Source: Candidatus Falkowbacteria bacterium (GTDB lineage Bacteria > Patescibacteriota > Patescibacteriia > UBA11705 > JABHMO01). Taken from it: 55,539 bases of DNA. Shown here one piece after another: positions 37,369 through 47,553 of this stretch. The DNA is taken from positions 1 to 55,539 of the forward strand of contig JACRNX010000019.1 in NCBI GenBank assembly GCA_016214755.1, written 5' to 3'. A program made the position numbers and the translations under genes. How positions within the stretch are numbered: the first letter of the stretch is position 1; each line of letters begins with the position of its first letter. A model generated the notes under the pieces. The model worked only from the letters and a program-made list of their open reading frames with translations. It was not told the origin of the DNA and searched no databases.

Positions 37369-38475
37369 TCATGGCTTGACGATTACAGTGCAGAGGTAGC
37401 CGTCGTGGACTTTTGTTTTGGGCTTGTCAATGAATTTGATATTCGCGCGAACTGATTCGACCAGCGCGAGGGTTTCGGATTTTTCCGGTTCGTTTTGAAA
37501 ATACGGGCAATAGTCATCAGGCAATGAAAGCTGGCCGCTATGCAAGACCGCCCGCGAGGCGCAGCCGCCGCGGCATGTCTCCAGCGCCTCGCAGCCGCTT
37601 TGAACGCAGAAATTCGGCAAGCGTTCGCGTAAAGCGCGGAACGGCTCGCTTTCGTACAGTTCGGCCAGCGTTTTGTCTTTGATAGAACCGCCCGCCCACG
37701 CGCCTTTTAGAAACACGCATGGTGTCACGCGCAAGTCGGTCTGAATGCGGCAAGATAACTTGCCGCAGACGCAACCTGGCGATGGATTTTTTTCCGGCCG
37801 GCTGACGAGCGGAGCGAAGAGCGGGTCAGACAGCGATTCGAACAACACGTTTTCATCAGTCAGCAATTTCAGAATTTGCCACGCTCTTTTCGCGCTGATG
37901 CGCAGATACTCTTTGCCGCGGCCAGTATTTCTGAACCAGTTGATTCTCCACGCCGCGCCAAAGCGCTTCGCCAGTTCAAGAAATTCTTTCACATGATGGT
38001 CTTTTGTTTCGCTGGTGACGCAGGTGACGATCGAGCGCTCCATTCCGATTTCAGTCAAAATTCTTAAACTGCGTTCGACGAATGACCAGGCCATTGGGTG
38101 CTGGCGAAAACGATTGTGTTCTTCGGGATTGGGAAAATCAATGGAAATGTCAATGTCATTGAAAAGCCGCGCGATTTCTATCGGTTCAAGCAGGATAATG
38201 GTGGCGCCATTGGTTGTGACCGCTTGGCGTATAAGCGGATATTGTTCCTTCAAATAGCGCGCGAGCGCCAGCGCGTTGGCGTTGAAAATAAATTCGCCGG
38301 TGCCATAGTTGATTTCTTTCACTCCGTCCGCCGCCAGTTTGTCGGCAATGGTTTTTAGCGTGGCGAAATCGTGCTGTTCGCTTTGCAAAACGCTCGCGTT
38401 ATAGCATTGTTTGCAACGCATGTCACAGCCGCCGAAGCCCCAGCCAACCCGTTCAATCTTGTGTTCTTGTTCCAT
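37369..38475 (-). CDS. Radical SAM/SPASM domain protein
   Basis: CDMRCKQC; C-terminal CxC...PCVF...C...C..C.GGC...C; aaggagg SD. Confidence 0.9.
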   Translation of the reverse strand: MEQEHKIERVGWGFGGCDMRCKQCYNASVLQSEQHDFATLKTIADKLAADGVKEINYGTGEFIFNANALALARYLKEQYPLIRQAVTTNGATIILLEPIEIARLFNDIDISIDFPNPEEHNRFRQHPMAWSFVERSLRILTEIGMERSIVTCVTSETKDHHVKEFLELAKRFGAAWRINWFRNTGRGKEYLRISAKRAWQILKLLTDENVLFESLSDPLFAPLVSRPEKNPSPGCVCGKLSCRIQTDLRVTPCVFLKGAWAGGSIKDKTLAELYESEPFRALRERLPNFCVQSGCEALETCRGGCASRAVLHSGQLSLPDDYCPYFQNEPEKSETLALVESVRANIKFIDKPKTKVHDGYLCTVIVKP

Positions 38476-38527
38476 TGGTTCCTCCTTTTTGTCAAGAGTT
38501 AATTTTCAATGTTCTATGTCCAATTAT

Positions 38528-39499
38528 TTAATTGATAATAAATTTTCTGCTCGGGCAAACGAATTTATACGTTCCGTCTTTAACTAAATTTTTGAAACAA
38601 TAATCAACACATCCTTCATTGGTTTGAAACAGCGGCAGAATTTGCTCCTGCCAATAGTTTCCGCCTGCTGGATTTTTGTTTTTCCAAAATTCGGTTAAAG
38701 AAGTCTGCCTTAAATTGATTAATGGTTTCGCTTGGCTGGCCATTATCGCGCACGGATAGGCGTCGCCATTGGGAAAAATTTGCAAAAAGGATAAATCCTT
38801 GGCCAAACAGCTCTCCGCCGCTTGGGCGGACTCAATGATTGGAATTGCTGTCACAATTTTTATCTGCTTGGCGTATTGCGGCAGAACGTTCCTCGTGATT
38901 TTTAACCAGTCAGTCGGCGAGGCGACTAAATGCTGACACTCTTTGCCGCGGCCGAGCGGCGAGAAAAAGCAAAAGCGGATTTCCTGAACGCTGAGTTCAA
39001 TCGCTTGTTTGACAATATTTTCAATGTCGTTAATATTATTTTGAAAAATGACGGTGTTGATTTTTGTGAATAATCCAAGGCCGACGCAATCGCGGATATT
39101 TTTGATGACGCGTTCGTATGTCTCGCGGCTGACCGGCCGAATTTGGTTGAATGTCTCATAAGAAGCGCCATCAACGCTGATTGAAACGCCGTTTAGTCCA
39201 GCGGCTTTGAGCGCCAGTAATTTTTCTTTATTCAATTGTCCGGCGTTGGTAACGATTTTTGTCCGCAAGCCAAGCCGCGCGGCGTAGCCAATCAGTTCGT
39301 CAAGGCCAGCGTAGAGCAATGGTTCGCCGCCGGTGAAGTCCACTTTTTCTCCGCCTAGCATTTTAAAGTCATCAAGAATTTTTTTGACGAAAGACAAGTC
39401 CATTTCTTGCATTTTTAAATTGCCAGAATCAAAGCCGCAGTGCGGGCAATGGAAATCGCAATTATTAGTCACGTTGAGGTCAATTTGAATCGGCGTCAT
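38528..39499 (-). CDS. Radical SAM protein with a Twitch/SPASM-like tail
   Basis: CDFHCPHC, FTGGEPL, C...IFPNGDAYPC; TTGACG-17-TAATGT ends 9 nt before the ATG (near-leaderless). Confidence 0.9.
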   Translation of the reverse strand: MTPIQIDLNVTNNCDFHCPHCGFDSGNLKMQEMDLSFVKKILDDFKMLGGEKVDFTGGEPLLYAGLDELIGYAARLGLRTKIVTNAGQLNKEKLLALKAAGLNGVSISVDGASYETFNQIRPVSRETYERVIKNIRDCVGLGLFTKINTVIFQNNINDIENIVKQAIELSVQEIRFCFFSPLGRGKECQHLVASPTDWLKITRNVLPQYAKQIKIVTAIPIIESAQAAESCLAKDLSFLQIFPNGDAYPCAIMASQAKPLINLRQTSLTEFWKNKNPAGGNYWQEQILPLFQTNEGCVDYCFKNLVKDGTYKFVCPSRKFIIN

Positions 39500-39628
39500 A
39501 TCTGATTTACATTAGCAAAAATTAACGGCGGCGTCAATGTCAGCGGCGGTTTGTTTTATTTCGTTGGTTCGGGTATAATTAATTTAAGATACGGATTACG
39601 GATTATGTACGGATATGCGGATAATACA

Positions 39629-39820
39629 AGATGTACGGATTAACATACATACGAAAAAACGAAACAGGTTGTAGGTTGTAGTGAGTAGGTTGTAGAGATT
39701 TTTTGACGTAAAAAGTAACCCTTCCGAGATAGCTCGCTTCACAATTCCAATTTTTGTCGTCTCTATGAAACTACCCCCTACCCCCTACCCCCTACCCCCT
39801 ACCCCCTACAACCTACCATC
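39629..39820. repeat. Heptamer-bounded element, copy 2
   Basis: Flank + GTAG heptamers + 75-bp core + (ctacccc)n. Confidence 0.85.
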
Positions 39821-39848
39821 TGCCACATAATTTATATTTTTTCATTAT

Positions 39849-41432
39849 ATGACGAAAAAAATTTGTTTTGTTCTCGGAGCATTGTTAGTTGTCAGTTTGT
39901 TAATTGGCGCTGGATTCGTTCACGCCAAATCAATTCAGGAAAGTTTGAAAGGCAAGATTCTGCTGCAAGTGGAGGAAAACGGTGAAGCGTGGTACGTGCA
40001 TTCGACGACGCTTTTGCGCTATTATCTCGGCCGGCCGGCGGACGCGTTCCAAATCATGAAGGATTTGGGATTGGGCGTTACGCACGCGTATATTTCGTCG
40101 CACGTAACTTTTCCGGCCAGCGTGGTTGGAAAAATTCTGATTGACGTGGAAGAATCGGGCAAGGCGTATTACATTTATCCAAAAGACAAAAAAGCGTATT
40201 ATCTCGGTAAGCCGGATGACGCGTTTCAGGTGATGCGCGACCTTGGGTTGGGCATTTCCAACGACAACTTGAATTTAATCGTCATCGCGCCAAAATCGAA
40301 AGTGCCCGGAGTGATTCAAAGCAAGTATTCCTGCGGCGCCTGCGCCAAGGATGAAAAATGCGGCGCTGGCAAGTGCCAAAAATTAATTTTAAGCAATCAA
40401 AATTTTTGCGGCAATTATTCTTGCGAGGCAGGCGAGTCATACAATGGTTTGGCGGAGGAAACGTTTCAGCAATGTTCATTAGACTGTCCGGCGCCGGCCA
40501 GCGGGGGTTACTCCAACGAATACGTGAAAGTTGAATGCGGCTGCGCGGAATACAATGTTTTGTCAAAGCGCCATGGTTGCGTTAAAGATGCGAAAAAGTG
40601 CGATGATTGCGGTCCGCAGGAAGCTCTGTTTAGCGAAGTTCAGAAAATTCAAACTGATGTCGTAAAATGTCTGTCCGATTATTTTCAATTCAAGCCGAAT
40701 CGGCTGGTTTACAAAGTTTTTTATAACCCGGATTTAGAAAAATGCAGTCAGAAAAATGGTTGTACTGGAATCGAGGGCGGCGTGGGCGGACCTGATTACG
40801 TCATGTTTCATAATTTGAACGGCTTCCGCGCCTATGGCCAGGTTGTTCCGACAAAAGTCGAGTATTTGACGTCCGATGTCCACGAAACAACGCATTATTT
40901 CATTTACCAAATGTTGCACGCCCCGCCGAGCTGGTTTCAGGAAGCGTTGGCGATTCAAACCAACGAACGTTTGAATTGCTCGAATAAACAGACAAGCGAC
41001 GGCGACGCTTATTTGCAAGAAAAAGGCAATACGAGCGGCGGAATTAATATGAGCGCCGGCGTGAATTTGAATTCTGATTTTTATAAAAAATTCAAAGCAG
41101 GAAAAGTTAGTTTGAATAGCGCGGAGAAAAAAGACCATTACATCGTCGCCTCATTATTTTTAATGGGATTGAAGCAGGATTATAATTGCTCCGCGGATTG
41201 CGTCAAAGACGCGGTGATAAAATTGCGCGAATTTGAACAGAACGCGTGCATGTCTGGTTCTGGCGCGAATTGTTCAATCGTCAATGCTGGCAAGAATTGG
41301 CTGTTGATGGGGCTGAACGGTTCGACCGGCGAGGACATTACCAAAGCGAATGCGCTCATCAAGCAGAAATTTGAAGAAGTGATCGGTAAGGATATTTCAG
41401 CGTTGTTTGATTTGGTTGGGTTGGTGTATTAA
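39849..41432 (+). CDS. Secreted protein with two CPR-type repeats, a Cys-rich region and a zincin-like motif
   Basis: Signal peptide; IL(L/I)xVEExGxA(W/Y)Y...YYLG(R/K)PxDAF twice; HETTH...WFQEALA. Confidence 0.7.
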   Translation: MTKKICFVLGALLVVSLLIGAGFVHAKSIQESLKGKILLQVEENGEAWYVHSTTLLRYYLGRPADAFQIMKDLGLGVTHAYISSHVTFPASVVGKILIDVEESGKAYYIYPKDKKAYYLGKPDDAFQVMRDLGLGISNDNLNLIVIAPKSKVPGVIQSKYSCGACAKDEKCGAGKCQKLILSNQNFCGNYSCEAGESYNGLAEETFQQCSLDCPAPASGGYSNEYVKVECGCAEYNVLSKRHGCVKDAKKCDDCGPQEALFSEVQKIQTDVVKCLSDYFQFKPNRLVYKVFYNPDLEKCSQKNGCTGIEGGVGGPDYVMFHNLNGFRAYGQVVPTKVEYLTSDVHETTHYFIYQMLHAPPSWFQEALAIQTNERLNCSNKQTSDGDAYLQEKGNTSGGINMSAGVNLNSDFYKKFKAGKVSLNSAEKKDHYIVASLFLMGLKQDYNCSADCVKDAVIKLREFEQNACMSGSGANCSIVNAGKNWLLMGLNGSTGEDITKANALIKQKFEEVIGKDISALFDLVGLVY

Positions 41433-41596
41433 TACGGATAAATACGGATTACGGATTATTTACGGATATACGGATAATACAAGATGTACAGATTATTACA
41501 GATGTACAGATGAGATCTAAATTTTGAATTTCGATTTATTGTAACTCGTCTCACAAATTACGATTTACGAATTACGATTTACGAATTACGGATTAT
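41433..41596. repeat. ACGGATT/GATGTACA and TTACGAA tandem arrays
   Basis: The first part matches 39589-39640; the TTACGA(A/T) family also occurs at 44017-44078 and 47440-47470. Confidence 0.7.
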
Positions 41597-41685
41597 TTAA
41601 AATGAAAAGCCCGCCCTGACGTTTGTCGGAGCGGGTTTTTGTGTTGGTTTGTTTTGTGGCGGTAGGGAACGCATATATGCGTTCC

Positions 41686-42566
41686 CTACGCAGAAATTTT
41701 GATTCTGATTTTATCAGCCAATGTTTCAACCACTGGCTTAATGTACATTTTATTTAGAACGCCGAACGCGCCGCCGGCGATGGAGAAGACGGCGAGATGG
41801 ACGAGCACCGAGCCGGCCAGCCAACTGTTTCCGAGCGCGCCGGCGCCATACGCCAGCATGGCGAAGAGAAACGCGTCCACCGCGCAAATCAGGCGGTCAG
41901 TGGTGTGGATGAGTCGGAAGCAGTTCACAACGAACAAGGCGAGGAACAATAGAATTGTCGGTATAGCGCGAATAATTTCCTTTCCGCCAGTGTAGACCAT
42001 CATGGCAACCGCAAACAAGAAAACACAAATTAGAACCGGCGGAAGCATGACGATAGCGAATTCCCTGTCATTAGGGGTTGGTATAGGAATGAATAGAGCG
42101 GTGACAAAAAGTGCAATAGCTGGCACGGCTATGACATAGAAGCCAAGTATGGTAATGTACGTTTCTTGTGTCAGCGCAGAAGGCTGAGACGGACCATATG
42201 CAATTACAATAAGAATAATGAAAGCGCAGGGATAAAATAGCAAATCGGCAATTGTTAGGGCGTTCCACGCGACGCTGTTCCAGCTGTTGATTTGCTTTTT
42301 GCAAATGAAGCGCAGGGCTTGGCGCAATGCGTCTGCGATGATTGGCATTGCCGCGGCCGTCATTTTCCATGCTTTGGGGACAGCGGCGAGTGCGCCGCGC
42401 CAGTCGTTCAAGACGTAGGCGCTGAAAGCGCGATGGCGCCGCCAACGAGCGAAAGCCAGGCAGATATTGGCGCGAGATATTCTTTAATCAGCAGAAATCC
42501 GATGGCAATGCCCAAAACCGTGGCGAAAAAGATGTTATAGAGCTTTTGCTTGTCAACCTTTTCCAT
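41686..42566 (-). pseudogene. Polytopic membrane protein split by a 1-nt frameshift
   Basis: ATG 42566 with ggagg SD; one added base near 42430 gives ...LVGGAIxAFSAYVLNDWRGAL... Confidence 0.65.
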
Positions 42567-42732
42567 TGAACTTTTCCTCCTGCGTCCAAAGGCGCTGTTT
42601 GTTGTCAATGACCCGATTACGACAGTATATGTTAAATAACAAAAAATGTCAAGGCGAATCACGCCCGTTGTTTGCCATCTCCGCTAATTTACTTTATAAT
42701 AGGTAAGGAACGCATATATGCGTTCCCTGCTT

Positions 42733-44022
42733 ATGGCGATAAAAATGGTTTCAATAAATGATTTTAAGGCGTATCTCGGACAAGAGGTCTTAATCAAGGG
42801 CTGGGTTTATAATTTCCGCTCATCGGGAAAAATCGCGTTTCTGCAAATTCGCGATGGTTCTGGTTTTGTTCAGGCGGTTGCCGCTAAAGATTTAGTTGAC
42901 GAAAAAAGTTGGCAAATGATTGAGGAAATGACGATTGAAAGTTCAGTTGAGATTGTCGGAACAGTGTCCAAGCATCCGAAAAAAGAGGAATATGAATTGC
43001 AGGTCAAAACATTGCAGTTCGTCCAAAAGGCCGAGGAGTATCCGATTGGCAAAAAAGAGCATGGCCCGGATTTTTTGATGGAACATCGCCATTTATGGCT
43101 GCGCGCGCCAAAACAGTGGGCAATTCAGCGCGTGCGGAATACGATTATCAACGCGATGTATGAGTTTTTTAACGCCGAAGGATTCACAAAAATTGATTCG
43201 CCGATTTTAACGCCCAGCGCTTGCGAGGGCACGACTGAACTTTTTGAGATGGACTATTTTGATATCGGCAAAGCGTATCTGACGCAGAGCGGACAATTAT
43301 ATCTTGAAGCGGCGATTGCTTCGTTCGGCAAGGTGTTTGACTTCGGACCGGTTTTTCGCGCGGAGAAATCAAAGACGCGGCGACATCTGACCGAGTTTTG
43401 GATGCTCGACGCGGAAATGGCCCTTTTTGACCATAAAATGAATTTGGATTTGCAGGAGCGTTTAATTGAGTTTGTCGTTGGAAAAGTTTTATCGTTAAAT
43501 CAAAATGAATTAATGCTTTTAGAGCGCGACATTGAGCCGCTGAAAAAAATAAAAGCGCCGTTTTCGCGTTTGACATACAAAGAAGCGATAGAAAAATTGC
43601 GTCAGCTTGGGTCAGATATCAAAGAAGGGGAGGATTTGGGCAATGATGATGAGACGTTGATTATGCGGGACGAAGCAAAGCCGCTGTTCGTTGAAATGTG
43701 GCCGCTAAAGATAAAAGCGTTTTACATGAAACGCGAGAATGATTTGGCGTTGTGCGCGGACTTGATCGCGCCAGAGGGTCATGGCGAAATTATCGGCGGC
43801 AGTCAGCGCGAAGATGATTTCAGCGAGTTGATCAAACGGCTGGAAGAAAAGAATTTAGCGCGCGAGCCGCTGGAATGGTATTTGGATTTGCGGAAATACG
43901 GCAGCGCGCCGCATTCTGGTTTCGGCGTCGGACTGGAGCGATTGGTCGGCTGGCTCTGCGGGGTGCACCATGTGCGCGAAACGATTCCGTTTCCGAGGAC
44001 GTTGAATAGAATTTATCCGTAA
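42733..44022 (+). CDS. asnS: Asparagine--tRNA ligase
   Basis: YLTQSGQLYLE, FRAEKSKTRRHLTEFWM, EIIGGSQRE, PHSGFGVGLER. Confidence 0.95.
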   Translation: MAIKMVSINDFKAYLGQEVLIKGWVYNFRSSGKIAFLQIRDGSGFVQAVAAKDLVDEKSWQMIEEMTIESSVEIVGTVSKHPKKEEYELQVKTLQFVQKAEEYPIGKKEHGPDFLMEHRHLWLRAPKQWAIQRVRNTIINAMYEFFNAEGFTKIDSPILTPSACEGTTELFEMDYFDIGKAYLTQSGQLYLEAAIASFGKVFDFGPVFRAEKSKTRRHLTEFWMLDAEMALFDHKMNLDLQERLIEFVVGKVLSLNQNELMLLERDIEPLKKIKAPFSRLTYKEAIEKLRQLGSDIKEGEDLGNDDETLIMRDEAKPLFVEMWPLKIKAFYMKRENDLALCADLIAPEGHGEIIGGSQREDDFSELIKRLEEKNLAREPLEWYLDLRKYGSAPHSGFGVGLERLVGWLCGVHHVRETIPFPRTLNRIYP

Positions 44023-44078
44023 AAAATTCGTAAATCGTAACTTGTAACTCGTAACTTGTAACTTGTAACTTGTAAATT

Positions 44079-44302
44079 GTCATTCCGACCGAGACGATAC
44101 TGCTTTAGCGAGAGAGGCGAGTGGAGGAATCTGTGACTAAAATGGATGAGAGATCCCTCGACTCCGTTTCGCTCCGCTCGGGATGATAAAAAAGGGAGTT
44201 TATCCTGAGCTCGCCCCGCCATGGCGGGGTGAAGCAATCTCAGATTCTATAGTCTCGAGATTGCTTCGTCGCCCGACGTGCGTCGGGGCTCCTCGCAATG
44301 AC
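44079..44302. repeat. GTCA-type REP-like cluster
   Basis: gtcattccgaccgag...gaggaatct / agatccctcgact...gggatga and gaagcaatctc / gagattgcttcgtcgc...ctcctcgcaatgac; related at 50036-50132 and 53410-53450. Confidence 0.8.
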
Positions 44303-44367
44303 GTTTAGACGGGATTTAGAAACTGAACATTAAGAATTTTATTTTATGTTTTTATATTTTTAATTTT

Positions 44368-45726
44368 ATGAAGCGAACATTAATCATTGAAACAATAAGA
44401 AAAGTCGGACAAGCCGTGACAGTCAAGGGCTGGGTTAACGCGCGGCGCGACATGGGCAAAATTGTTTTTGTTGATTTGCGCGACCGGAGCGGCTTGGCGC
44501 AAATTGTTTTAGTGCCAAGCGAGCTGGACGCTAGATCAGACGAATTATTGGACGGTTTGCGGCCAGAGTTCGTCTTAGAAATTAAGGGCATTGTCAACGA
44601 ACGCGGAGAAAAGCAGAGGAATCCGAATTTAGCAACTGGAAACATTGAAATTCTGGCGAAAGAAATAAAAATTTTGGCGCGAGCGGAAACATTGCCTTAT
44701 GAGCTGGATTCAGAATTAAATATTGAGGCGTACTTGGATAATTTGCCGTTCAACTTGCGGGCGGAAAAACAGCGGGCGATTTTTAAAGTCCAGGCGGCTT
44801 TAATTGAAGGATTCAGAAAGATTTTGTTGAAGAAAAATTTTGTCGAATTCGCTTGTCCGAAAATCGTCGCCGGCGCCACAGAAGGCGGAGCGAATGTGTT
44901 CAAAATTGATTACTTCGGCCATCAGGCGTATCTGGCGCAGAGCCCGCAGTTTTACAAACAAATCATGGTCGGCGTTTACGAACGGGTGTTTTCAATCGGC
45001 AATGTTTATCGCGCGGAAGAGCATGACACCAGTCGGCACATCAATGAATACACTAGTTTGGATTTTGAAATGGGTTTTATCAAAGACCATCGTGAGGTGA
45101 TGAAAATGGTTGACGCGGTCGCGCGCGCGATGATGTTAGAAGTTGAAAAAAAATGCGGCGCAGAGTTAAAGTTGTTGCAGGCGACTTTACCAGCCATGCC
45201 AAAAAAATTGCCAACGCTGAAATTAAGGCAGGCGCAGAAAATTTTAGAAGAGCAATTCGGCGAAAAGGATTGTTCGAAGGAACCGGATTTAGAGCCGCAT
45301 CAAGAACGTCTAATCGGCGAATACGCCAAACGGCAGTTTAATTCTGATTTTATTTTCATCACTCATTACCCTGTCGAAAAACGGCCGATGTACACTTTTG
45401 AAGACCCCAAGGACAAAGGATTCACCCGCAGTTTTGATTTGCTTTTCCGCGGAGCGGAGATTGTCACCGGCGGCCAGCGCATCCACGAGTATGAAAAATT
45501 AAAAAGCAACATGATAAAGTTCGGATTGAATCCGGATAATTTCCAATTTTATCTGCAAGCGTTTAAATACGGCATGCCGCCAGAAGGCGGCATCGGCATG
45601 GGGCTTGAGCGGGTGACTTGGCAGTTGCTCGGTTTAGACAATATCAAGCGGGCGACGCTTTTCCCGCGCGACAAGTCGAGGATTGACGAACCGTTGAACA
45701 AGCAAGACGAGCGAGACAAGCGTTGA
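44368..45726 (+). CDS. aspS: Aspartate--tRNA ligase (short, archaeal-type catalytic domain)
   Basis: AYLAQSPQFYKQ, YRAEEHDTSRHINE, EIVTGGQRIH, GMPPEGGIGMGLER; no GAD insertion. Confidence 0.9.
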   Translation: MKRTLIIETIRKVGQAVTVKGWVNARRDMGKIVFVDLRDRSGLAQIVLVPSELDARSDELLDGLRPEFVLEIKGIVNERGEKQRNPNLATGNIEILAKEIKILARAETLPYELDSELNIEAYLDNLPFNLRAEKQRAIFKVQAALIEGFRKILLKKNFVEFACPKIVAGATEGGANVFKIDYFGHQAYLAQSPQFYKQIMVGVYERVFSIGNVYRAEEHDTSRHINEYTSLDFEMGFIKDHREVMKMVDAVARAMMLEVEKKCGAELKLLQATLPAMPKKLPTLKLRQAQKILEEQFGEKDCSKEPDLEPHQERLIGEYAKRQFNSDFIFITHYPVEKRPMYTFEDPKDKGFTRSFDLLFRGAEIVTGGQRIHEYEKLKSNMIKFGLNPDNFQFYLQAFKYGMPPEGGIGMGLERVTWQLLGLDNIKRATLFPRDKSRIDEPLNKQDERDKR

Positions 45727-45795
45727 CAAGCGAGACGAGGAATAAACTTGTCTTGCTTGTCTCGCTGATATTGTCTCGTTGATTATTTAAAAATT

Positions 45796-46095
45796 ATGCG
45801 ATTGTCGAGTTTGCAAAAATATATTTTACTTCAATGCTACCATCGCATCGGCGCGCGGATGGGCCGCGATGGTTTAGTTAAGTTTTACGAGGACAAAAGA
45901 ATTCCGCGAAAAGCGCTGCGGCAAAAAATCATCACCCGGAGCATCGAAAGTTTGATTGATAAAGAATTATTGGTCGGCTACGGACTAAGGACGCCGCACA
46001 AATGGTTTATCAAAGAAATCCGCTTGACCGGCAAAGGCGAAAAGATGGGCAGAAAACTGCTGGGCGAGCAGATGCGGCTACCGTTTAGAAAGTAG
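45796..46095 (+). CDS. Small basic hypothetical protein, winged-helix-like
   Basis: LSSLQKYIL...ITRSIESLIDKELL...IRLTGKG. Confidence 0.6.
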   Translation: MRLSSLQKYILLQCYHRIGARMGRDGLVKFYEDKRIPRKALRQKIITRSIESLIDKELLVGYGLRTPHKWFIKEIRLTGKGEKMGRKLLGEQMRLPFRK

Positions 46096-46208
46096 AAAGT
46101 AGAAAATAGAAGTTTGTTAGACGAATCGTCTATATCCTGATTTTCACATTCTAGATTCTATTTTCTATTTTCTAGATTCTGCTAAGTTATTCATTTTTAA
46201 TTAACTAA

Positions 46209-46898
46209 ATGATGTATCAAATAAAAACAGAAAAATTTAACGGGCCGCTGGATTTGCTGCTGCAGCTCATTGACGAAGATAAATTGGAAATAACTGAGGT
46301 CTCTTTGGCGCAAGTGACCGACCAGTATTTAGTCCACTTGGAAAAAATGATAGAAAAAGATCCGGAGGAGCTGGCGGATTTTTTAGTGGTGGCGGCGCGC
46401 CTTCTGTTGTTAAAATCAAAAGCGCTTCTGCCGGAAATTGAAGAGGAAGAAGTAGATGATTTGGCCGGGCAGTTAAAATTATATAAAGAATTTATTGAAG
46501 CGTCTAAAAAAATAAAAACGATTATCGCCGAAGGTAAATTCACCTTTTCCCGCGAACAGTCGCCGTTAAAAACCGAAGTGGAATTTTCACCGCCCGCCAA
46601 GTTGAAATTGGCGGAAATGAAAAACGCGTTTTTACTCGTCCTGCGCCGGCTTGACCCTTTGGTGAGAATGCCGAAGCAGATGATTGAAAAAACAATCAGC
46701 TTACAGCAGAAAATTTTTGAAATCCATAATTTATTAAAACAGGAAAAAAGATTTTCTTTCGGGCAGTTAGTCGAAACGGCAAAAAGTAAAACAGAAATTA
46801 TTGTCAACTTTTTGGCCTTGCTTGAACTTTTGAGACAGCAGGAACTGCGGGTGAAGCAGGGGAAATTATTCGAGGATATTGTGGTGGAAAAAATATGA
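46209..46898 (+). CDS. scpA: Segregation and condensation protein A
   Basis: FNGPLDLLLQLI, FLVVAARLLLLKSKALLP, FLALLELL. Confidence 0.95.
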   Translation: MMYQIKTEKFNGPLDLLLQLIDEDKLEITEVSLAQVTDQYLVHLEKMIEKDPEELADFLVVAARLLLLKSKALLPEIEEEEVDDLAGQLKLYKEFIEASKKIKTIIAEGKFTFSREQSPLKTEVEFSPPAKLKLAEMKNAFLLVLRRLDPLVRMPKQMIEKTISLQQKIFEIHNLLKQEKRFSFGQLVETAKSKTEIIVNFLALLELLRQQELRVKQGKLFEDIVVEKI

Positions 46899-47452
46899 AG
46901 ACGAAAATAGAAAGTTTATTATTCATCTCCAACAAGCCATTATCAATCAAATGGTTAGTTAATTTTTTAAGTCGGACAGTCGGAAAAGTCGAACAAAAGG
47001 AAGTCGAGCGGGCGATTGACGAACTTAAAAAAAAGTATAATATCGAAGAAAGCGGCGCGCGCGTGATTCAAACCGGTGAGGATGTCCAAATGGTTACCGC
47101 GCCTTCGTCGGCTGATATCGTCAAAACATTTCTGAAAGACGATATGACGGGCGAACTGACGCCGGCGTCTTTAGAAACATTAACCGTGATTGCTTATCGC
47201 GGCCCGATTACTAAAATAGAATTGGAACAGATTCGCGGAGTCAACTGCAGTTTGATTATTCGCAACTTGCTTATTCGCGGCTTGATTGACGTTTATGAAG
47301 AGCGCGGCCAAAATTATTATCAAGTAACCACGGATTTTTTGAAGTATTTGGGGCTGGACGGCGTCGAACAATTGCCTGATTATGAGAAATTGCATCAAGC
47401 GAAGGATTTGGAGCAATATCTGCAAAGTACTGAACAAAATCGTGATTCGTGA
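46895..47452 (+). CDS. scpB: Segregation and condensation protein B
   Basis: IESLLF, LETLTVIAYRGPIT, IRGVN. Confidence 0.95.
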   Translation: MKTKIESLLFISNKPLSIKWLVNFLSRTVGKVEQKEVERAIDELKKKYNIEESGARVIQTGEDVQMVTAPSSADIVKTFLKDDMTGELTPASLETLTVIAYRGPITKIELEQIRGVNCSLIIRNLLIRGLIDVYEERGQNYYQVTTDFLKYLGLDGVEQLPDYEKLHQAKDLEQYLQSTEQNRDS

Positions 47453-47553
47453 TTCGTAAATTGTAATTTGTATTTTTTATCTTTAATCTTTTCTGCCGAA
47501 GGATTTTGCGCCAGTCAGAGGCTGGTCCGCCTTTGGCGGAAATCATCAATCTT

